A DNA stretch of 64,000 nt from Escherichia phage vB-Eco-KMB26, in the sequence record OR539218.1; one strand, given 5' to 3'. Below, piece after piece: positions 31,998 through 41,948 of this stretch. Within the stretch, counting starts at the first letter, position 1; the number at the start of each line of letters is the position of its first letter. Under the pieces are notes generated by a model. It was given only the letters and a program-made list of their open reading frames with translations. It was not told the origin of the DNA and made no database searches. The position numbers and the translations under genes were made by a program.

Positions 31998-32684
31998 TTA
32001 AAAATCGTGGGTAGAATCAGCTTCAAGAGCTACTACATAATTCGCATGTTCACCTTCAAATTTAGCAGCGCCTTGTTTACCTTTTGCCCAAAGCAGAAGT
32101 TTATAATTTCCTGGTTGCATTTTCATATTTGCCATATTGATAATGAAATTAAATGTGTTTTCACCATCATAATCACCAAGAGTCAAAGAATATTTAACAC
32201 GGGTCAGAGCAGAATCTTCTACTTTATTAAAACCGTTAATTACGATTTTACCTTCTTTTACTGTGATAGCAATTGTATCAATCTGCAGACCACGAGATAC
32301 ACGCAACAGCTGTTGAAGGTCTTCAGCTTTAATTTCGGTAACAACAGATGCTACCGGGAATGGAATTGGTTTATTAGGAGCAACTACTGTACTCGGATCG
32401 GCTGCTGGCCAAAAAATTGTTGAACGGGCATCAGCAATTTTAATATTTCCATCTTCTGACTGGGAAATTTCTGCATCATCATTAACTAGAGACAGAATAC
32501 CGAGAAAACCGTTCAAATCGTAAATTGCTACATCAAAATCAATAACGTCAGAAATATTTGCTTCCGCATAAGTTGTACCATTAACTGCGCGAGTCATAAT
32601 AAATTGACCTGATTTAAGCATAATACCAGAGTTAATAGTAGCGAAATTTTTAAGCAGAGCAGTAGTATCTTTAGACAGTTTCAT
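31998..32684 (-). CDS. 45: sliding clamp gp45
   Basis: 228 aa; size and position as in T4. Confidence 0.9.
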   Translation of the reverse strand: MKLSKDTTALLKNFATINSGIMLKSGQFIMTRAVNGTTYAEANISDVIDFDVAIYDLNGFLGILSLVNDDAEISQSEDGNIKIADARSTIFWPAADPSTVVAPNKPIPFPVASVVTEIKAEDLQQLLRVSRGLQIDTIAITVKEGKIVINGFNKVEDSALTRVKYSLTLGDYDGENTFNFIINMANMKMQPGNYKLLLWAKGKQGAAKFEGEHANYVVALEADSTHDF

Positions 32685-32713
32685 GTAATTTCCTTCAATT
32701 CAAATGAGATTTA

Positions 32714-32740
32714 ATTTTATAACTAATTAAATAAAGCAAT
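32714..32740 (-). promoter_or_regulatory. MotA-dependent middle promoter upstream of gene 45
   Basis: Minus strand MotA box ATTGCTTTA, 12 nt, TAAAAT -10. Confidence 0.55.
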
Positions 32741-33129
32741 TAACGATTAAAATCAGCTGCGATTGTTTCGGCAACAATTTGAGCAGCAACAATCAGACGT
32801 TCATCTGCATTGCCGCAATATTCATCTTCAAGGCGTTCACCACATGAAGTCATAATAAATTTAGCACCGGCGTTTAGGGATTCTGTAGTATGTTTGCGCA
32901 TTAGTTCAATCCATTTATTACTTACTTCACGATCGATAGCTTCATAATACGCATGACGAGCAGGTGCAGATTTAATTTTGTTCTGAATAACTTCCATTGC
33001 GTTATCAGAAAGAGACAAAACCCATGCTCGACGAATTTTATTTTGGTTTTGTGGATTTGATTCAGAACGCACGTGTTTTGGCTGAATATCTTTTACATCA
33101 ACAGTATAATTCACAGTAATTTTAGTCAT
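32740..33129 (-). CDS. rpbA: RNA polymerase-binding protein RpbA
   Basis: 129 aa, position and size as in T4. Confidence 0.7.
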   Translation of the reverse strand: MTKITVNYTVDVKDIQPKHVRSESNPQNQNKIRRAWVLSLSDNAMEVIQNKIKSAPARHAYYEAIDREVSNKWIELMRKHTTESLNAGAKFIMTSCGERLEDEYCGNADERLIVAAQIVAETIAADFNR

Positions 33130-33138
33130 AATACACCT

Positions 33139-33327
33139 TTAGTCATAATAATCAGTAACAGTCCAAGCTTCATTTCTATTGGACATTATTTTTGTATATT
33201 CTGCTTTAAATGCATTCCTAAGCATAGATTCAGTAACTATATGCTCTTCATTGGAAAAATTATTTCTCAGAATATATCGTTTTATTTCAGGAATAGTTAA
33301 TAGATGCTGTCCAGTTGAATATTCCAT
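33139..33327 (-). CDS. small protein (45.2 position)
   Basis: 62-aa ORF. Confidence 0.55.
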   Translation of the reverse strand: MEYSTGQHLLTIPEIKRYILRNNFSNEEHIVTESMLRNAFKAEYTKIMSNRNEAWTVTDYYD

Positions 33328-33344
33328 GTTTTTCCTCCATAGAG

Positions 33345-33370
33345 ATTATACTCTAATAAATTAAAGCATA
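33345..33370 (-). promoter_or_regulatory. MotA-dependent middle promoter
   Basis: Minus strand TATGCTTTA box, 11 nt, TATAAT. Confidence 0.5.
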
Positions 33371-33382
33371 ATCTCTTATAAA

Positions 33383-35065
33383 TTAAACCATTACAGTAAA
33401 TCGACCAACTTTCTTCATTTGAAGATGCTGACCGTATTCTTGTGGGTCATGGTCTTTATGCGAAATTATAAAAACATTAGTGTTTTTCATTGAATTTATA
33501 ATATTAGCTACACCTTTAATACCTTCGGCATCAAATGACCCATCAAACACTTCATCGAGTATTAATGTACTAATACTAACACCAGATACAATAGAAGCAA
33601 TATCACGCCAAGTAAATAAAAGAGCAATATCGATTCGTGCCTTTTCACCTTCACTAAATGAAGCATAACTAAAATCTTCGCGACCACGGGATTTAATTGT
33701 CTCATTAAATTCTTCATCTAATGTAAACACATAATCCGCTTCCATTATTTTAAGATAATGGTTAATCTGCTTATTAAATAATGGAATGTACTTTTTAATA
33801 ATAGCACCTTTAATACCAGAATCTTTGAGCATATCAGTCAAAATTCCTCGGTGGTATTTTTCCATTACTAAATTAGTTTTTGTCTTAACAATTTTATCAA
33901 GTTCTTCTTGAAGCAGTGCTATTTCATCAGCATGGTCAATAAACTCAGAAGATGCTTTTTCTATAGCCGCTTTAACCTTTTTAGCTTTATCTACTGCTGC
34001 GATCAGAGATTGCTTTTTATTGCGAATATCATTTGCCAACGACTGTTGGGTTTTAATATTATCTCGGTATTCATTAACAAGAACTTTTAAATTATCACGA
34101 TGTGTTGAAAGCTGTTCAAACGAATGCGTACATTCAGAAACTTTATCTTTAATTTTAGAAACAACTTTATCACCGGAACTCAATTGTGACAAACAGGTTG
34201 GACATAATCCACCTTCGTGATACATATTAATGACTTTATTATACGAGTCAATTTTTGATTTAATTAAAACTGCTTCTTGACCGATTTTATTAAATGCATC
34301 AGTCGGGTCTTCATCTAAAACAATATTAACTAATCTTTCATTAGCTTCTTCTATTTCCGATTTTAGCGTTCTAGCTTCTTTTGCCAAATCATCATACATA
34401 TTTTGAAGACGTGTAAGATTGTCACCTGTTAATTTTTTCTGGCGTTCAACGTTATCATTATATATTTTAATTTGTTGGATAATACTATCTTTTTTAACGT
34501 CAAGCACTTGGTTTTGTGAATTTAATTCACGTATTAGTGCTTTATTAAGCTTATCCATTTCAGCTAATGTTCCTACCTCAAGCAGGTCTTCCACAAGCTT
34601 TCTTCGCGCAGGGGTCGACAAACCCATGAAAGGGGTATACCCTGCTGTACCAAGGACAACAATCTGCTTGAAACTGGCATATGACATTCCGATAAGCTGT
34701 TCAAATTCTGCTTGGAAATCTTTACTGCTGGCAGATTCATTAAGACGTGTACCGTTAACGGTGATTTCAAAAACGTTCGGTTTTTGTCCTCTTTTGATAT
34801 AGTACTTTTTCTCATCATATTCCATCCACAGTTCAACTAAAAGTTCTTTCTTATTTGTGCTGTTTATTAATTGACCTTTCTTTACATCACGAAATGGCTT
34901 GCCAAAAAGCCCAAATGTGATGGCTTCTAACATAGTAGACTTACCACCGCCATTTCGTCCAGTAATAAGAGTTTTTTGAACCTTATCTAATTGAATGTCA
35001 ATAGGATTTCCACCTACTGACATTATATTTTGATACCTAACTCGGTTTAGTTTAAAATTCTTCAC
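33383..35065 (-). CDS. 46: recombination/repair exonuclease subunit gp46 (Rad50/SbcC-like ATPase)
   Basis: 560 aa, Walker A GRNGGGKST, coiled-coil middle, C-terminal signature and Walker B regions. Confidence 0.9.
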   Translation of the reverse strand: MKNFKLNRVRYQNIMSVGGNPIDIQLDKVQKTLITGRNGGGKSTMLEAITFGLFGKPFRDVKKGQLINSTNKKELLVELWMEYDEKKYYIKRGQKPNVFEITVNGTRLNESASSKDFQAEFEQLIGMSYASFKQIVVLGTAGYTPFMGLSTPARRKLVEDLLEVGTLAEMDKLNKALIRELNSQNQVLDVKKDSIIQQIKIYNDNVERQKKLTGDNLTRLQNMYDDLAKEARTLKSEIEEANERLVNIVLDEDPTDAFNKIGQEAVLIKSKIDSYNKVINMYHEGGLCPTCLSQLSSGDKVVSKIKDKVSECTHSFEQLSTHRDNLKVLVNEYRDNIKTQQSLANDIRNKKQSLIAAVDKAKKVKAAIEKASSEFIDHADEIALLQEELDKIVKTKTNLVMEKYHRGILTDMLKDSGIKGAIIKKYIPLFNKQINHYLKIMEADYVFTLDEEFNETIKSRGREDFSYASFSEGEKARIDIALLFTWRDIASIVSGVSISTLILDEVFDGSFDAEGIKGVANIINSMKNTNVFIISHKDHDPQEYGQHLQMKKVGRFTVMV

Positions 35066-35325
35066 AAAAGATTCCTTTTAATGTATCTTTTAGACCATTC
35101 TATCATATCATCATAATCTAAAAAGTATTCATCAAATTCAGCCATGCAAACAACGCCTTGTGCTGCTTTTGATGTGATATAAATTATTCCAACATATCTA
35201 GAATCTTCTTCGGTATAATCAATGTTTGCTATGAATTCATCATTAATGTCAAATGTCGAAAACTTCACAGTATGCATCCTTAATACAAGATACGGCCATA
35301 TCTCGTAATGATTTAGGTGTGTCAT
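35062..35325 (-). CDS. small hypothetical protein (46.1/46.2 region)
   Basis: 87-aa ORF. Confidence 0.45.
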   Translation of the reverse strand: MTHLNHYEIWPYLVLRMHTVKFSTFDINDEFIANIDYTEEDSRYVGIIYITSKAAQGVVCMAEFDEYFLDYDDMIEWSKRYIKRNLL

Positions 35326-35512
35326 TATCTAAAATGTTGAAGTTAAAGGATACAGCCCAGTCAGTGCAGACCGTAACCTTTTTAATACAATTATCTTCAA
35401 CCTCTAGCGGTTCAAACCAATATTCAATAATTTCTTTATGCCCAATATCATCTTTTACTTCGCATTCAAAATGCTGACTCATCATAACATTTTTAAATTC
35501 ATCAAAAGTCAT
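35249..35512 (-). CDS. small hypothetical protein (46.1/46.2 region)
   Basis: 87-aa ORF overlapping its neighbour in another frame. Confidence 0.45.
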   Translation of the reverse strand: MTFDEFKNVMMSQHFECEVKDDIGHKEIIEYWFEPLEVEDNCIKKVTVCTDWAVSFNFNILDNDTPKSLRDMAVSCIKDAYCEVFDI

Positions 35513-36528
35513 TGTGTTGCCTCTACATATAACTGATTTGCATATTGAATAAGTGCTTCACGGTCAGAATCAGTGATGTCTGGAATTGCATTAATGTATT
35601 CTTCCATCAACGTCTGAAGAGATTGAACTTCAACCTCTTCGCTGTCATCTGACTCGACAGAGTTATCAATCTTTGACACAACTCGTAACGAATGCACAAC
35701 TTTCTCTAGTTCAGATTCGAACTTCGTCAGATTTTTGTCTACTTCAGTTACTATAACACGTACTGATAGATTTGTAAAATCTTTATAGTCAATTTTTCCT
35801 TTAAATGGATAATGAATTCTACGATGCCAGGTAGTATTGTTTGGAATAAATTCCATTCGTTCTGTTTCTGTATCAAACATCCAGAACCCACGAGGGTCAT
35901 TCTCGTCACCTGCAGTTAGTGTCCATGGTGTCCCAATATATCTGACGTTAGCAGCCTCAGAAATAGTATGGAAGTGACCAGACCACACTTCTTTATAAGT
36001 CTTAAGGAAATCAGGTTCAAGACCGTGAGATTTCATTCCTTTATAAAAATAAAATCCATTCAGTTCCCAGTGACCAACACAAAAAGAAGCAGATGAAGTT
36101 TTGATATGCTCAAGAATTTCACCAGTATTTTCTTCACACATCCAAGGAATTAAATCAATTAAACATCCGTCAAAATCTACTGTAGTAGGCTTATCATATA
36201 CTTTAACATTAGGATATTTAGCCAAAAGCTCAGTAGAGGCATTTGGAGTTAAAGTATTTTTAAAGTGCATATCATGGTTTCCTACAATAGTATGTAGGGT
36301 AATACCAGCATCATCAAGCATTTGAACTATTTCACGGGCGAACTCCATAGTTTTGTGTGTGATTGCTTTTCGCACATCAAAAATATCACCGTATTGAATC
36401 CAGGTAGTAATTCCATTTTTCTTAGAATATTCTATTGCTTGTTTAATTCCATCCAACTGAATGGATTGAACCCACTCATCATCGGCTTTAACGCCTAAAT
36501 GCCAATCACCTAAATTTAAAATTTTCAT
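35509..36528 (-). CDS. 47: recombination/repair nuclease subunit gp47 (Mre11/SbcD-like phosphoesterase)
   Basis: 339 aa with metallophosphoesterase motifs (GDWH, GNHD). Confidence 0.9.
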   Translation of the reverse strand: MKILNLGDWHLGVKADDEWVQSIQLDGIKQAIEYSKKNGITTWIQYGDIFDVRKAITHKTMEFAREIVQMLDDAGITLHTIVGNHDMHFKNTLTPNASTELLAKYPNVKVYDKPTTVDFDGCLIDLIPWMCEENTGEILEHIKTSSASFCVGHWELNGFYFYKGMKSHGLEPDFLKTYKEVWSGHFHTISEAANVRYIGTPWTLTAGDENDPRGFWMFDTETERMEFIPNNTTWHRRIHYPFKGKIDYKDFTNLSVRVIVTEVDKNLTKFESELEKVVHSLRVVSKIDNSVESDDSEEVEVQSLQTLMEEYINAIPDITDSDREALIQYANQLYVEATQ

Positions 36529-36665
36529 ATATCAAGAACCGTCATTGAAATGCAAAATAAAATTATTGAAATAAACCCATCTGGTGTGCTAAAGAAACCA
36601 ATCCAGCATGCTCTAGTGAATAGATAAAATGCAAGAAAAAGTATCACATATCCAAAAAATATCAT
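36525..36665 (-). CDS. small hydrophobic protein (47.1 position)
   Basis: 46-aa ORF not in track (MIFFGYVILFLAFYLF...); its TGA overlaps the gp47 ATG (ATGA). Confidence 0.5.
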   Translation of the reverse strand: MIFFGYVILFLAFYLFTRACWIGFFSTPDGFISIILFCISMTVLDI

Positions 36666-36689
36666 TATATCAAACTCCGTATAAAGCTA

Positions 36690-36705
36690 AAGGGCCGAAG
36701 CCCTT
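36690..36705 (-). terminator. UUCG-tetraloop hairpin 3' of a-gt
   Basis: aagggc-cgaa-gccctt adjoining the a-gt stop. Confidence 0.6.
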
Positions 36706-37907
36706 TATTTTGTAATAATGTCAAACTGTTCTTTAAAGCAGAAGCTTGAATCTTGATGCTGATACAAAAATTCATATGCTTTTTCTCGCTCACGGTCATA
36801 AAGAGCTCGGTCAGATGACAGTTCTTTAATACGTTCAAACGTTGATTCCATATCATTTTCATCAAACCAAATGATACCGCTATCATGCGAGGTCAAAGGA
36901 GTATTATCAACACGGAATTTTAAATTTTCGCCAGTAGATTTCCAAAATACCGGAATTGTTCCACATGCACCAAGCTCGAGATGAGTATATTCTAAAGAAC
37001 GTTGCAGATATTTTTTATCCAACTTACTCAACTGATAACCAAATCCGGATTTACTCATGCGTTCAAGCATTTCGCTATTTACATAACGGTCAAGAATTTG
37101 CGTTGGCAAATTAGGAGCAATTTTAATTTGGTCTACTTGATGAAGACGATAATACTCGTATGGAATTCCTTTTTCTTTAATAGGAATGAACGCTGGAGAA
37201 CGTTCCAGACCTTCCATAATAGTACTTAGTCCTGCAGGTTTAAGATGTTTTTCATGAAAATCAAACATCTGATAAAAACCTTTCCATGTAGTCGTACGAC
37301 CAATCCAACGGTTGATATTCATGTTAATTTCAGAAACATCTTTCCAGTAGGTTGACCGAACCTTCGCAATATCCATAGGAGGCTGAAAGTTATATACTGT
37401 CGGTGCTTCTTCAATATCATCAAACAGAGAAACAGTTTCTGGATACCATTCTTTCATCAGAACTTTATTAAAATCACCATTATCAGAATGACTAAAAATA
37501 ACATCAGCTCGACGAACAGTTTCTTCTAATCCCAAATTTCGACGCAAAGAAAGAGAAGAATGGTCATGTTGATAAACTACAACACGAACAGAAGGTTTAA
37601 TGTTATCAATAATTTTTTTATAGTTATTAATAGTGTCTTCTTCAACCGAAGTAGCAGGAACTGAATTGATAATTAGAATATCACAATCATTTACCAGCTT
37701 AAGTGTTTTATCATATTCTTTTGCCAATAAAACCGGAATTGAAAATGATTTATAATCATGCGCGCAATTACGAGTAAATGATTTATCTTTAGCATAAACC
37801 AAAGTTACTTCATGACCATTTTTAATAAACCAATCACGTTGCTCGAGTGAGAATTTTGTTACACCACAACCTTCAAGACCTCGAGCCATAAAAATACATA
37901 CTTTCAT
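36705..37907 (-). CDS. a-gt: HMC-DNA alpha-glucosyltransferase
   Basis: 400 aa; sequence matches my memory of T4 alpha-gt. Confidence 0.85.
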   Translation of the reverse strand: MKVCIFMARGLEGCGVTKFSLEQRDWFIKNGHEVTLVYAKDKSFTRNCAHDYKSFSIPVLLAKEYDKTLKLVNDCDILIINSVPATSVEEDTINNYKKIIDNIKPSVRVVVYQHDHSSLSLRRNLGLEETVRRADVIFSHSDNGDFNKVLMKEWYPETVSLFDDIEEAPTVYNFQPPMDIAKVRSTYWKDVSEINMNINRWIGRTTTWKGFYQMFDFHEKHLKPAGLSTIMEGLERSPAFIPIKEKGIPYEYYRLHQVDQIKIAPNLPTQILDRYVNSEMLERMSKSGFGYQLSKLDKKYLQRSLEYTHLELGACGTIPVFWKSTGENLKFRVDNTPLTSHDSGIIWFDENDMESTFERIKELSSDRALYDREREKAYEFLYQHQDSSFCFKEQFDIITK

Positions 37908-37931
37908 TTAATATCCTCTTTGTTTTGGTTT

Positions 37932-37957
37932 ATTTTACCAAAAATTTATAAAGCAAT
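37932..37957 (-). promoter_or_regulatory. MotA-dependent middle promoter upstream of a-gt
   Basis: Minus strand ATTGCTTTA box, 11 nt, TAAAAT. Confidence 0.5.
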
Positions 37958-37977
37958 ATAGGAGCCGAAGCTCCTAT
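37958..37977 (-). terminator. UUCG-tetraloop hairpin
   Basis: ataggagc-cgaa-gctcctat, 8-bp stem, overlapping the stop of the small ORF upstream. Confidence 0.55.
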
Positions 37978-38147
37978 CCACATAATACGCCATACAGAGG
38001 CTCGTTAGAACTTTTAAATTTTATGCGCTTATATTTTATAGTTCCTTCTGCTTTAGCTTTATCATGAGACTCTTTAAAGCGTCTCATCATTTCCTCTTGA
38101 GAGGAACGAATTTTATTATAATCTATTTCAGAAGTCTGGGTGTTCAT
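37974..38147 (-). CDS. small Lys-rich protein
   Basis: 57-aa ORF not in track (MNTQTSEIDYNKIRSSQEEMMRRFKESHDK...). Confidence 0.4.
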   Translation of the reverse strand: MNTQTSEIDYNKIRSSQEEMMRRFKESHDKAKAEGTIKYKRIKFKSSNEPLYGVLCG

Positions 38148-38150
38148 CTT

Positions 38151-38357
38151 TCACAGTTGCCACCATTTTTTGACTTGATAAGAATCAACCCACACTTTCA
38201 TATTAGGGTCTGCTCTTACAATAGGAGGATTAACTTCTTTAATTGAACTATCATGGTATTCTTTTTCAGAAATTTTCACACAAAGATGACCATTCAAAGA
38301 TTCAGTAAATCCTGCATTAATTTTAAGACGCTTGAATTTTACGTGTGTAAGCATCAA
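38151..38357 (-). CDS. small hypothetical protein
   Basis: 68-aa ORF. Confidence 0.5.
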   Translation of the reverse strand: MMLTHVKFKRLKINAGFTESLNGHLCVKISEKEYHDSSIKEVNPPIVRADPNMKVWVDSYQVKKWWQL

Positions 38358-38640
38358 TCATATCCTCAATCTGCGATCTAGTAGTCTTCCAAAGAATACT
38401 GATGAGTTCATCGTTATATGGCTGTTTCAGAATATCCCGACTTTTCTTGATAGCATATTCGTATTGAGCAAAATTATTGTTTTCAGCTGCGATCTGAGCG
38501 TGCTTATAAAGACGATTCAGTTCGCGTTTGTTTTTAGACAATAACTTATTTGCTTTTCTTTCTGCTTCAAGACGGTTCTTTTCTTCAATAGAAGAAATAA
38601 GCTTTTCCACTTCATCATTAATTTCGGGTTTATCAGTCAT
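38323..38640 (-). CDS. coiled-coil hypothetical protein
   Basis: 105-aa ORF, heptad-rich. Confidence 0.55.
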   Translation of the reverse strand: MTDKPEINDEVEKLISSIEEKNRLEAERKANKLLSKNKRELNRLYKHAQIAAENNNFAQYEYAIKKSRDILKQPYNDELISILWKTTRSQIEDMIDAYTRKIQAS

Positions 38641-38641
38641 A

Positions 38642-38860
38642 TTATTTCTCTAATATAAAATAAAAATCATCATCTGTTAAATGATACCTGTAATTTAATT
38701 CTACACCATTAGATTTAAAAGCGGTATCATACGGATTTTCTGGATCAATATCAATGTCAAGAGCTAAAACTTCCCTGAGATACATTTTAAGTAAATAGGG
38801 AATAGCTTCAACTTCAGGTATTTCTTCCAAGAATCCGGAGAGGTTAATCGTTAGCCTCAT
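38642..38860 (-). CDS. small acidic hypothetical protein
   Basis: 72-aa ORF. Confidence 0.5.
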
Positions 38861-39401
38861 ATAAAAAATCCAAACTAGGAGAATCGTCTACAACACTTTT
38901 CTTTTCAGCCCCCGGTGTTCTATAGGTTGATTCTTCGTAATGCGTCATTTTATCGTAGATGTCTTGAATAAAAGTTTCATCTACTAACGCAACCATATCG
39001 TCGTCACGGCTGTCATAGACATTGTGAACGAAGTAACTGTATTTCTTTGCAACTTCCTTACGTTCTTTTTTAATACGCTGGACGAATGCATTAAAACAAG
39101 CTTGAGTTATATATGCATGTGGGTTTTTATATTTCGTTTCATCAAAATTATGAAGCCCCTTAATAGAAGCTTCTATACCATCTGCAATCATTTCTTGTTT
39201 CCAAGACTGGGTGTATCCTGAAAAGTTGAAACGTTTAGATAAGCCTTCTGCAATAAGCATAATGGCTAATCCGATAGTATCATTCTGACGAACTACTTTA
39301 TTTGGGTCTTTATTATTTGCTAATTCTGTTTTCCAATCAATAATAGCTTGTAAAAGCTCTTTATTGTTTACGTAATTATATTTAGGCTTAGTTTCTGACA
39401 T
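38844..39401 (-). CDS. 55: late sigma factor gp55
   Basis: Trimmed to the ATG after GAGGTG (185 aa, [23 protein letters not shown]...), matching recalled T4 gp55. Confidence 0.9.
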
Positions 39402-39479
39402 TTTCACCTCTTAGCTCAATTCATAGATCTATTATATCATAATATTTGAAGATCTATCTTAAAGCATAGAGGATATCAG

Positions 39480-39749
39480 TTATCTAAGTAAACAGTATGC
39501 TTGGAACACTTTCTCCATCATCTTTTTAAATTCATGAATATCTATATAATGACTAGTTAGATCAGCATGATATAAAAAGTCTAAAAACTTTTCATGTGTA
39601 CTAACATATTCACTTTCATTTAATTCAGAAACATGGCTTTCCCAATATCCAACACCAGTCTTATTTGGGAAAAATGAAATTTTCATGTATTGGTCAACAT
39701 AGAAAATGCCATAATTTTCAATAGTAATAGAAATATTAATAAATTTCAT
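39480..39749 (-). CDS. small hypothetical protein
   Basis: 89-aa ORF. Confidence 0.5.
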   Translation of the reverse strand: MKFINISITIENYGIFYVDQYMKISFFPNKTGVGYWESHVSELNESEYVSTHEKFLDFLYHADLTSHYIDIHEFKKMMEKVFQAYCLLR

Positions 39750-39961
39750 ACATTCATCAACTTAGCCGCTTCAAGAGCTGCATCTAGTGAATCAAATTGG
39801 TCAACATATTCAATCAATTCGCCGTAATTGGCATATAACCACCATTGGCTAAATTCATACTCAAGGATGAATCCGTTTCCTTCAATTTGAGTTAAACCAA
39901 TGCCATTTGTATTTACTTCATATCCAGCAAGACGCAAATCGTTAATAAGAGCTTCGTTCAT
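39746..39961 (-). CDS. small acidic hypothetical protein
   Basis: 71-aa ORF. Confidence 0.5.
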   Translation of the reverse strand: MNEALINDLRLAGYEVNTNGIGLTQIEGNGFILEYEFSQWWLYANYGELIEYVDQFDSLDAALEAAKLMNV

Positions 39962-39963
39962 AA

Positions 39964-40290
39964 TTATACCTTAGTAATTTTCAGGTCTGCAAATTTTTTC
40001 TTGCGTTGATTTTTCATGCGACGAATAGTTTTATCGGAAATTTCATGCTTTTGATAAGCTTTAGATTCTACACCAAAAGCTTTAACATCAAATTCTGACA
40101 AGATATATTGAACCAACAATTCACGGACAGTATTGCGTCCAATCTTCTGATCATTCTGTTTCATCGTCTGATGAAGCTCTTTTTCCCATTTATCCAAAAT
40201 TTGAGGAGTTACAATATCGCCTTTTTCTAGCAAAGAAACTACTTTATCATATGCGTAAGAATTAATGACGTTTTTAATTTGAATAGTCAT
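39964..40290 (-). CDS. hypothetical protein
   Basis: 108-aa ORF. Confidence 0.55.
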   Translation of the reverse strand: MTIQIKNVINSYAYDKVVSLLEKGDIVTPQILDKWEKELHQTMKQNDQKIGRNTVRELLVQYILSEFDVKAFGVESKAYQKHEISDKTIRRMKNQRKKKFADLKITKV

Positions 40291-40329
40291 ACATTATCCT
40301 CAATTACGTTAAAATTTTATTATCCAAAA

Positions 40330-40343
40330 AGGGCCGAAGCCCT
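40330..40343 (-). terminator. UUCG-tetraloop hairpin
   Basis: agggc-cgaa-gccct, the same sequence as at 31980 and 36690. Confidence 0.55.
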
Positions 40344-40543
40344 TAGCTAAACTTTTTGGCACCCTTCCAGCCTTCGTACATCATTGCGACTGACAATGAC
40401 AAAGCTCCTTCACATGCTGCATACTTATTATTCCAGAACCAATTTAGAAAAACTTCATCCTCAATACCATTGTGTTTCATGTTCTGGAAAAATTTGGCGC
40501 GTTCTTCAGCAATTCGCTGCGATAATTTAGATTCAGGATTCAT
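40343..40543 (-). CDS. small hypothetical protein
   Basis: 66-aa ORF. Confidence 0.5.
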   Translation of the reverse strand: MNPESKLSQRIAEERAKFFQNMKHNGIEDEVFLNWFWNNKYAACEGALSLSVAMMYEGWKGAKKFS

Positions 40544-40759
40544 TTAAATTTCCCAATTACCATTTTCATCAATAAATTTAATCCAGTCATTTACTGACCA
40601 CTTAGTTGTATCGCCTTTTGGAGTAACATTTAAAGTATATAACCCCTGCTTAAAAAGCATTCGTTTGATATTCATATTTTCCTCAGCTATAACGATAACA
40701 CTCGTTTGATTTACGTTTAGCAACTCGTTGAGAAGTATTATAATCAAAATCATCGTCAA
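40544..40759 (-). CDS. small hypothetical protein
   Basis: 71-aa ORF. Confidence 0.45.
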   Translation of the reverse strand: MTMILIIILLNELLNVNQTSVIVIAEENMNIKRMLFKQGLYTLNVTPKGDTTKWSVNDWIKFIDENGNWEI

Positions 40760-41015
40760 TGTAAACTGATTTTTTCAACTTTCTTACTTCACCGCGTAAT
40801 TGACGATTTAACTCATCTTTAACTTCTGAATCAATACCTTTCATTCTACGCCATTTATCTGAGCGAAAAATGTTTTCAACCATATCTTTATGACTTACAC
40901 CATCAGGAGCTTTACGCTTTCCGAAATAGTCATAATCACGAACTTTCAAGTCTTTACGACGATACGTTTTACCCATGGAGTTTAATTTCCTTAGCAACTG
41001 AACTAAATGCAGCAC
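40683..41015 (-). CDS. basic hypothetical protein
   Basis: 110-aa ORF, Arg/Lys-rich. Confidence 0.45.
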   Translation of the reverse strand: MLHLVQLLRKLNSMGKTYRRKDLKVRDYDYFGKRKAPDGVSHKDMVENIFRSDKWRRMKGIDSEVKDELNRQLRGEVRKLKKSVYIDDDFDYNTSQRVAKRKSNECYRYS

Positions 41016-41151
41016 GATCGCAAATCATGCGTTTATGTAACTTGAGTATAATATAGCAAACTTCAAAACTATTTACATGAGTAACACGAACAGCATTACC
41101 ATTAATGAGATAATACTGTCCCTTTTTAATTTCTTTATCAACCATAACCAT
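40969..41151 (-). CDS. small hypothetical protein
   Basis: 60-aa ORF directly downstream of an early promoter. Confidence 0.45.
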   Translation of the reverse strand: MVMVDKEIKKGQYYLINGNAVRVTHVNSFEVCYIILKLHKRMICDRAAFSSVAKEIKLHG

Positions 41152-41181
41152 ATCAATTCCTCAAAGGCAATTCATATGTTA

Positions 41182-41211
41182 ATAATACCACAGTTTGAGC
41201 TCGTTGTAAAC
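41182..41211 (-). promoter_or_regulatory. T4-type early promoter
   Basis: Minus strand GTTTAC, 17 bp, TATTAT. Confidence 0.5.
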
Positions 41212-41309
41212 AACTTTGTGAAAATTATTTTAGGGAATGATAAGAAGGGAACGATAGCTTAGAATGGTAATATACAGAATGTGAGAAAGAAGGACCCAGA
41301 GGGCCCGTC

Positions 41310-41618
41310 TTAGTCTTCTATGATATCTCTATCATATCCAAGTGAAATGAGAGTTTCTTTGAAATGTTTAATGTTCTTTTGTCTAGAATCATTAATGAAA
41401 ATGACTGGATAACGAATGTTAAGAGATGTGAATCCAGCGCGTTTAGCAAGAGATACAATCAGTGGACGATCATACTCAATCTTACCGTTATTTGTAAGAA
41501 CTTTATAGAAAGTAAAAGGAGCATTGAGCTCCTTTAGAAGTTTTGTAACTGATTGACATCCAGGACAACGACCTACTTCATCTGGAATTCCATAGACTTC
41601 AATCTTATTTTGTTTCAC
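41310..41618 (-). CDS. nrdH: glutaredoxin-like protein NrdH
   Basis: 102 aa with CPGC redox motif. Confidence 0.8.
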   Translation of the reverse strand: MKQNKIEVYGIPDEVGRCPGCQSVTKLLKELNAPFTFYKVLTNNGKIEYDRPLIVSLAKRAGFTSLNIRYPVIFINDSRQKNIKHFKETLISLGYDRDIIED

Positions 41619-41620
41619 AA

Positions 41621-41833
41621 CTATTCCTTACTGAGAGCAGCATTCAGCTTATTAGTAATTTTATCCAGACGCTCATTGAACTCACTAGAAGATAGTCCTT
41701 TTTCTGGAGAAATCAAACTAATCACGAAAAATATAGCAATAAAAGGAATAAGGAAAATAGCTCCAACTGCCATAAACAGAAAGAATGTTACAGTTGTAAG
41801 AAAATCAGCTAAACCTTTACGAAATTTATACAT
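41621..41833 (-). CDS. small membrane protein
   Basis: 70 aa with one long hydrophobic segment. Confidence 0.5.
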   Translation of the reverse strand: MYKFRKGLADFLTTVTFFLFMAVGAIFLIPFIAIFFVISLISPEKGLSSSEFNERLDKITNKLNAALSKE

Positions 41834-41948
41834 ATTTTACCCTTAATTGATTAACCAAGCATTGATAAGCACTAAACTATACTGCGAATAAAATTCTGGA
41901 CCAAAATGAAAAATCATATCATTTATAGTATCCATAATGTAATTCAAT

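Noticed and set aside
36665-36886. 73-aa minus-strand ORF overlapping the 3' end of a-gt
   Set aside because: Alternative frame inside the a-gt coding region; the real small gene here is the 46-aa ORF at 36525..36665.
39424-39468. MotA-box middle promoter upstream of gene 55
   Set aside because: A TATGCTTTA box is present but the nearest -10-like hexamer is 15-23 nt away instead of 11-13. The inverted repeat tagatct...agatcta is noted but not called.
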